From an uncultured Marvinbryantia sp. (lineage in GTDB: Bacteria; Bacillota; Clostridia; Lachnospirales; Lachnospiraceae): DNA of 64,000 nt. This document shows, in pieces, positions 60,816-64,000 of the stretch. The notes beneath the pieces are model-generated. The model ran no database searches. It worked only from the letters and a program-made list of their open reading frames with translations, and was not told the origin of the DNA. Position 1 is the first letter of the stretch, and each line of letters begins with the position of its first letter. The stretch covers positions 62,866 to 126,865 of the forward strand of contig CAJKOX010000007.1 of the NCBI GenBank assembly GCA_905201705.1, written 5' to 3'. The position numbers and the translations under genes are program-made.

Positions 60816-60844
60816 TTGTAAAGTGATTTAAATTTGTGTATAAT
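60816..60844 (+). promoter_or_regulatory. SigmaA promoter for downstream small RNA
   Basis: TTGTAA (60816-60821)-17-TATAAT (60839-60844) with no sizeable ORF downstream. Confidence 0.75.
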
Positions 60845-60850
60845 AAAAAT

Positions 60851-60988
60851 ACGTTTAAGGAAGCATATATTATTTAAGAAACTAGAAGTGTAATATTGAG
60901 CAATTAGATTTAAGAGTAAAGTATAAAAGGTATAAGCTATGTTTAAGGAGTTGCCGCATTAAGTGATTGGTGCAGCAACTCTTTTTTT
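60851..60988 (+). ncRNA. Putative ~135-nt ncRNA with repeated UUUAAG motifs (candidate RNA antitoxin/decoy)
   Basis: Own promoter; TTTAAG at 60854, 60873, 60909, 60942 (variants TATAAG 60931, ATTAAG 60958); ends in an intrinsic terminator. Confidence 0.6.
60948..60988 (+). terminator. Rho-independent terminator of DUF3825/ncRNA cassette
   Basis: GAGTTGCCGCA...TGCAGCAACTC plus T7. Confidence 0.85.
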
Positions 60989-61005
60989 ATTCCCACGAGC
61001 AATGA

Positions 61006-61168
61006 GCTAAGTAGACATGCCAGAGTGTCTATTTGGCGGTACTGTGTGCCGATGGCACACATTTAGCACCGACCGAAGTGAAACGCAGACCTGTCGTGTA
61101 GGATCAAATCCCCGATGCGTCCATCGCTACTAGCTTGATGCCCCGTATGCTTGCAACGGGGGATTTGA
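61006..61168. repeat. Multi-hairpin palindromic (REP/PATE-like) element
   Basis: Hairpins at 61006-61037 and 61043-61061, plus unit 61104-61168 bounded by TCAAATCCCC/GGGGATTTGA with two internal stems. Confidence 0.55.
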
Positions 61169-61171
61169 CTG

Positions 61172-61663
61172 CTATTCGATATGCAGCTTTCCGGTATTGT
61201 AGGTGTGTATTTTATTGCTCCACATACTTTGCACCCAGGCGGTGCGTTCTTTCGTATAGAGCAGAAAAATAAGATCCTTTGGCGGCCACTTCATACCGAG
61301 ATTAAACCGTTCTGCGTCGTTTAATTCCTTTGGTGAAAAGTATAAATACATATCGCCGGTCTTATCGGGGTTCGATTTGTTGAATACTTTTGTTCCAATT
61401 ACACCGGTTTCTTTTACCTGGCTCCAGAGAATTTTTTTGCGGGCGATTCCAAGAAACGAGCAGTATACGCCTTCCTCGTCTATCGTGACAGTGGAGCCGT
61501 AGACAAAAACAGGAAATACAAAAATAAGTGCCAGGATTCCGAAGATAAGTGCGGAGAGCGGTTCCCGGATATAAAGCATGGCTCCGGAAATAGTGCCGCA
61601 TACCAGAACTGTTCCGAGACCGACGGCAAATTTATATGGATTTGCAAAAAATCGTTTGCTCAT
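61172..61663 (-). CDS. Hypothetical membrane protein (2 TM plus possible PH-like domain)
   Basis: RBS AGGAA; two hydrophobic helices then VTIDEEGV...ILWSQV; downstream of ROK gene. Confidence 0.65.
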   Translation of the reverse strand: MSKRFFANPYKFAVGLGTVLVCGTISGAMLYIREPLSALIFGILALIFVFPVFVYGSTVTIDEEGVYCSFLGIARKKILWSQVKETGVIGTKVFNKSNPDKTGDMYLYFSPKELNDAERFNLGMKWPPKDLIFLLYTKERTAWVQSMWSNKIHTYNTGKLHIE

Positions 61664-61686
61664 GACTGTTTCCTTTCTGTATCAGA

Positions 61687-62910
61687 TTATTCCGTGAAGC
61701 TTTCCAGATCGCTGCTGATCGCAACAGCTGCTGCACCGATAGCGCCGCTTAAGCTGCTGGCGTCCATGAAATGGAATTCTGTATCGGTATGTATTTTATT
61801 ATAGAGATTTTGAGAGACAATATCCAGAAGGTCAGTACGATTCTGCGGATTCTGGAAAAGCTTGCCCTCGATCAGCATTTTCTGCGGACCGCTGAAATTA
61901 ATAATGTTGGCGATTGCGAGTCCAAGCATGAAAATAGCACCCTGGATAATTTCCCGGACCTTTGTATCCCCCTGCTTTTGCGCTTCAAGGATCATCTCCA
62001 TCGTCAGACCTGAACCGGAGGGACAGAGCTTTTTCAAAAATGAAGATGTGCCGGAGGTTATAAGCTCACGGCAGGCGGAGATGATCACGTGATCTCCGGA
62101 GTAAGCTTCCAGACATCCGTGGTTTCCGCAGACGCAAAGCGGACCGGAAGGATTCATTACCATATGTCCGATCTCGCCGGCGCCGACAATGGACCCCATA
62201 GAGATGGAGGTATTTAATACAAAGGGACAGGCAATTCCGGATGCAACAAACAGATACGCAAAGGTAGGAACATTGTTTAAAAGATCACGCTGGAACATCT
62301 GAGCAGCAGTGGCGCGGGCACAGGAATTGTTTTCCACCTCAATTGGTCCGCGGTAGCCGGTAAGCGCTGCGATATCTCCGCGCAGATTCTTGTTTGCCCA
62401 GTTATAGCCGGGGTGGATGCCAAGATATCCGCTTTCCCGATCTACAAGTCCGGGGGTGCAGAAACCGATCCGCGCAATTTGGTCAAGCTTCAGACCACCT
62501 TTTTCTACGGTCTCCAGAATCATGCCGCATGCTGCCTGGATGTTTTGATTATAATCTTCATAGGGAGTTTCATCCTCTAACTGATAAAGGACGCTGCCGC
62601 GATAGTCTGTAATGCAGACGGCCCGGCGGGTGCCGCGCATTTCTACGCCAAGAAAATAGCGGGCATCTGCGTTAATGTCAATGAGATGTGCTTTGCGTCC
62701 AAGGTAGCCGGAGACGGCGCCGTCCACTTCATGCACAATCCCGGCGGCAATCATTTTATTTACGCAGGCAGTGATCGTGGGAAGCGTGAGACCAAGCATC
62801 CCGGCAATATCAGACCGTTTCAACGGCCCATAATAGTAAATCATCCGGAGAATAGAAGAATGATTGGTTGCTTTGGAACGCACTGGGTTTGCACCTTGAG
62901 AAAACTGCAT
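61687..62910 (-). CDS. ROK-family transcriptional regulator (XylR/NagC type)
   Basis: N-terminal HTH (RSDIAGMLGLTLPTIT..GRK), AGEIGHM, CVCGNHGCLE. Confidence 0.92.
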   Translation of the reverse strand: MQFSQGANPVRSKATNHSSILRMIYYYGPLKRSDIAGMLGLTLPTITACVNKMIAAGIVHEVDGAVSGYLGRKAHLIDINADARYFLGVEMRGTRRAVCITDYRGSVLYQLEDETPYEDYNQNIQAACGMILETVEKGGLKLDQIARIGFCTPGLVDRESGYLGIHPGYNWANKNLRGDIAALTGYRGPIEVENNSCARATAAQMFQRDLLNNVPTFAYLFVASGIACPFVLNTSISMGSIVGAGEIGHMVMNPSGPLCVCGNHGCLEAYSGDHVIISACRELITSGTSSFLKKLCPSGSGLTMEMILEAQKQGDTKVREIIQGAIFMLGLAIANIINFSGPQKMLIEGKLFQNPQNRTDLLDIVSQNLYNKIHTDTEFHFMDASSLSGAIGAAAVAISSDLESFTE

Positions 62911-62951
62911 AAATCCACTTCCCTTCTGTATAAGATTATAGAAAAAGCATG

Positions 62952-63138
62952 TATAATTAATTTAATTAATGATTATAGAAAAATTATACAAAATGTACTT
63001 TTGGATTGCAAGTATGAAATTAGGGAAAATAAGGAAAAATGCGTGTACAATACAACCAAAAATAATGTATTATATTTAGTAATATCTCCCTATTGACGAA
63101 AAAACATTGTCATTATATAATTAATTAAATTAAATAAA
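62952..63138. promoter_or_regulatory. Divergent ROK/GH3 promoters, each with an ATTAATTAAATTAA operator
   Basis: Minus strand: TTGCAA (63011-63006)-17-TATAAT (62988-62983), operator 62970-62952. Plus strand: TTGACG (63093)-17-TATAAT (63116), operator from 63120. Confidence 0.65.
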
Positions 63139-63157
63139 TAATACAGGAGGATAAAGG

Positions 63158-64000
63158 ATGGAAATTTATAAGGACAAAAATCAGACAACAGAGGCGCGCG
63201 TAGAAGATCTTCTTTCCAGAATGACGCTGGAAGAGAAAGCGGCGCAGCTCTGCGGAGATCTCGCAGCGGCATTTATCGTGGACGGTAAGGTAGATATCAA
63301 TGCGCTGCGTGAAAAATTTCCGGATGGGCACGGACGATTCACCCAGTATTCTCTGGTAGGACTGGTAGATCCGGTTCAGATTGCGGAAATTTCCAATCAG
63401 GTGCAGGAATATTTTGTAAAGGAGACACGTCTTGGTATCCCGGTAGCGCTGCAGACAGAAAATCTTTGCGGTTATCCGGCGGCGGGCGGGACACTGTTTC
63501 CGGCAATGATTAATATGGGATGTACATGGGAGCCGTCTCTGGCGGAGAAAATGAGCGCGATTATCGGACAGGAGAGCCGCAGCGTGGGCATCAGCTCTGC
63601 GATGAGTCCGGTAATCGACGTTTCCCGGGATCCGCGCTGGGGCCGCACTTATGAATGCTTTGGCGAGGATCCTTATGTAGTCAGTCAGTTTGGTATCCAT
63701 TATGTACGCGGAATGCAGGAGCAGGGTGTCAGCTGCATTGCCAAGCATTTTCTGGGTTATGCAGAGACACAGGGAGGTTTAAATACGGCAGCGGCTCGAT
63801 TAAATGACAGAGAATTGTACGAGGTATTTGCAACACCGTTTGAGGCGGCAGACAAGGAGGCGCATCTGGGCGGGATGATGGCAAACTACGGCGAGATTGA
63901 CGGACTTCCTGTTATCGACAACCCGAAGATTGCACGTACGCTTCTGCGAGATACGATGGGATTTAAGGGTATGCTGACATCGGACGGCGCGGCGGTTTTA
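63158..64000 (+). CDS. GH3 beta-glucosidase/xylosidase (runs off window end; absent from ORF track)
   Basis: MEIYKD...ARVEDLLSRMTLEEKAAQL, TRLGIP, RDPRWGRTYECFGEDP, AKHF, GFKGMLTSD; AGGAGG RBS. Confidence 0.92.
   Translation, partial: MEIYKDKNQTTEARVEDLLSRMTLEEKAAQLCGDLAAAFIVDGKVDINALREKFPDGHGRFTQYSLVGLVDPVQIAEISNQVQEYFVKETRLGIPVALQTENLCGYPAAGGTLFPAMINMGCTWEPSLAEKMSAIIGQESRSVGISSAMSPVIDVSRDPRWGRTYECFGEDPYVVSQFGIHYVRGMQEQGVSCIAKHFLGYAETQGGLNTAAARLNDRELYEVFATPFEAADKEAHLGGMMANYGEIDGLPVIDNPKIARTLLRDTMGFKGMLTSDGAAVL

Noticed and set aside
60851..60950. TTTAAG repeats as a CRISPR array or canonical ToxI repeat array
   Set aside because: Repeats are only 6-9 bp with irregular spacing, there are no cas genes, and there are no ~35-nt near-identical tandem units upstream of the ORF.
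60939..60962. Mini-ORF MFKELPH with weak AAAGG RBS inside the putative ncRNA
   Set aside because: Seven codons overlapping the terminator stem with no coding evidence; cannot be fully excluded without ribosome profiling.
63125..63748. 207-aa minus-strand ORF
   Set aside because: Antisense shadow of the GH3 gene starting at 63158.

Overview
Chromosomal window from a spore-forming clostridial Firmicute (Lachnospiraceae-like gene content). It has three blocks. (1) 1-12.1 kb: sugar-utilisation locus with GH78 glycosidase, IlvD/Edd dehydratase, amidohydrolase, YesM/YesN-type two-component system, sugar ABC transporter and Gfo/Idh/MocA oxidoreductase. (2) 12.3-43.1 kb: core genes ychF, lgt, Spo0E-like gene, dcw cluster (mraZ-rsmH-ftsL-like-pbp-spoVD-mraY-murD-ftsW-murA-ftsQ-ftsZ), amidase, galE, uvrC, hprK, glcK, PBP1A, yigZ, murI, aspS. 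(3) 43.2-64 kb: second catabolic island with pgi/fba/pfp/tpi paralogues, a LarA-family enzyme, Opp-type ABC, LacI, two dehydrogenases, a ROK regulator and GH3. The most notable feature is an AT-rich cassette inside block 3 (59.9-61.0 kb). It holds a DUF3825-like gene whose consensus promoter contains a perfect LexA/SOS box, followed by a separately promoted and terminated ~135-nt non-coding RNA with repeated UUUAAG motifs. This is a candidate undescribed SOS-inducible protein plus RNA-antitoxin (type III TA-like or defence) system. Also seen: a 53-bp MITE-like element with an 8-bp target duplication, a sigmaE-like promoter embedded in a terminator that occludes the spoVD RBS, and a shared AT-only operator at four island promoters. 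All calls come from reading the sequence; no database searches were run.
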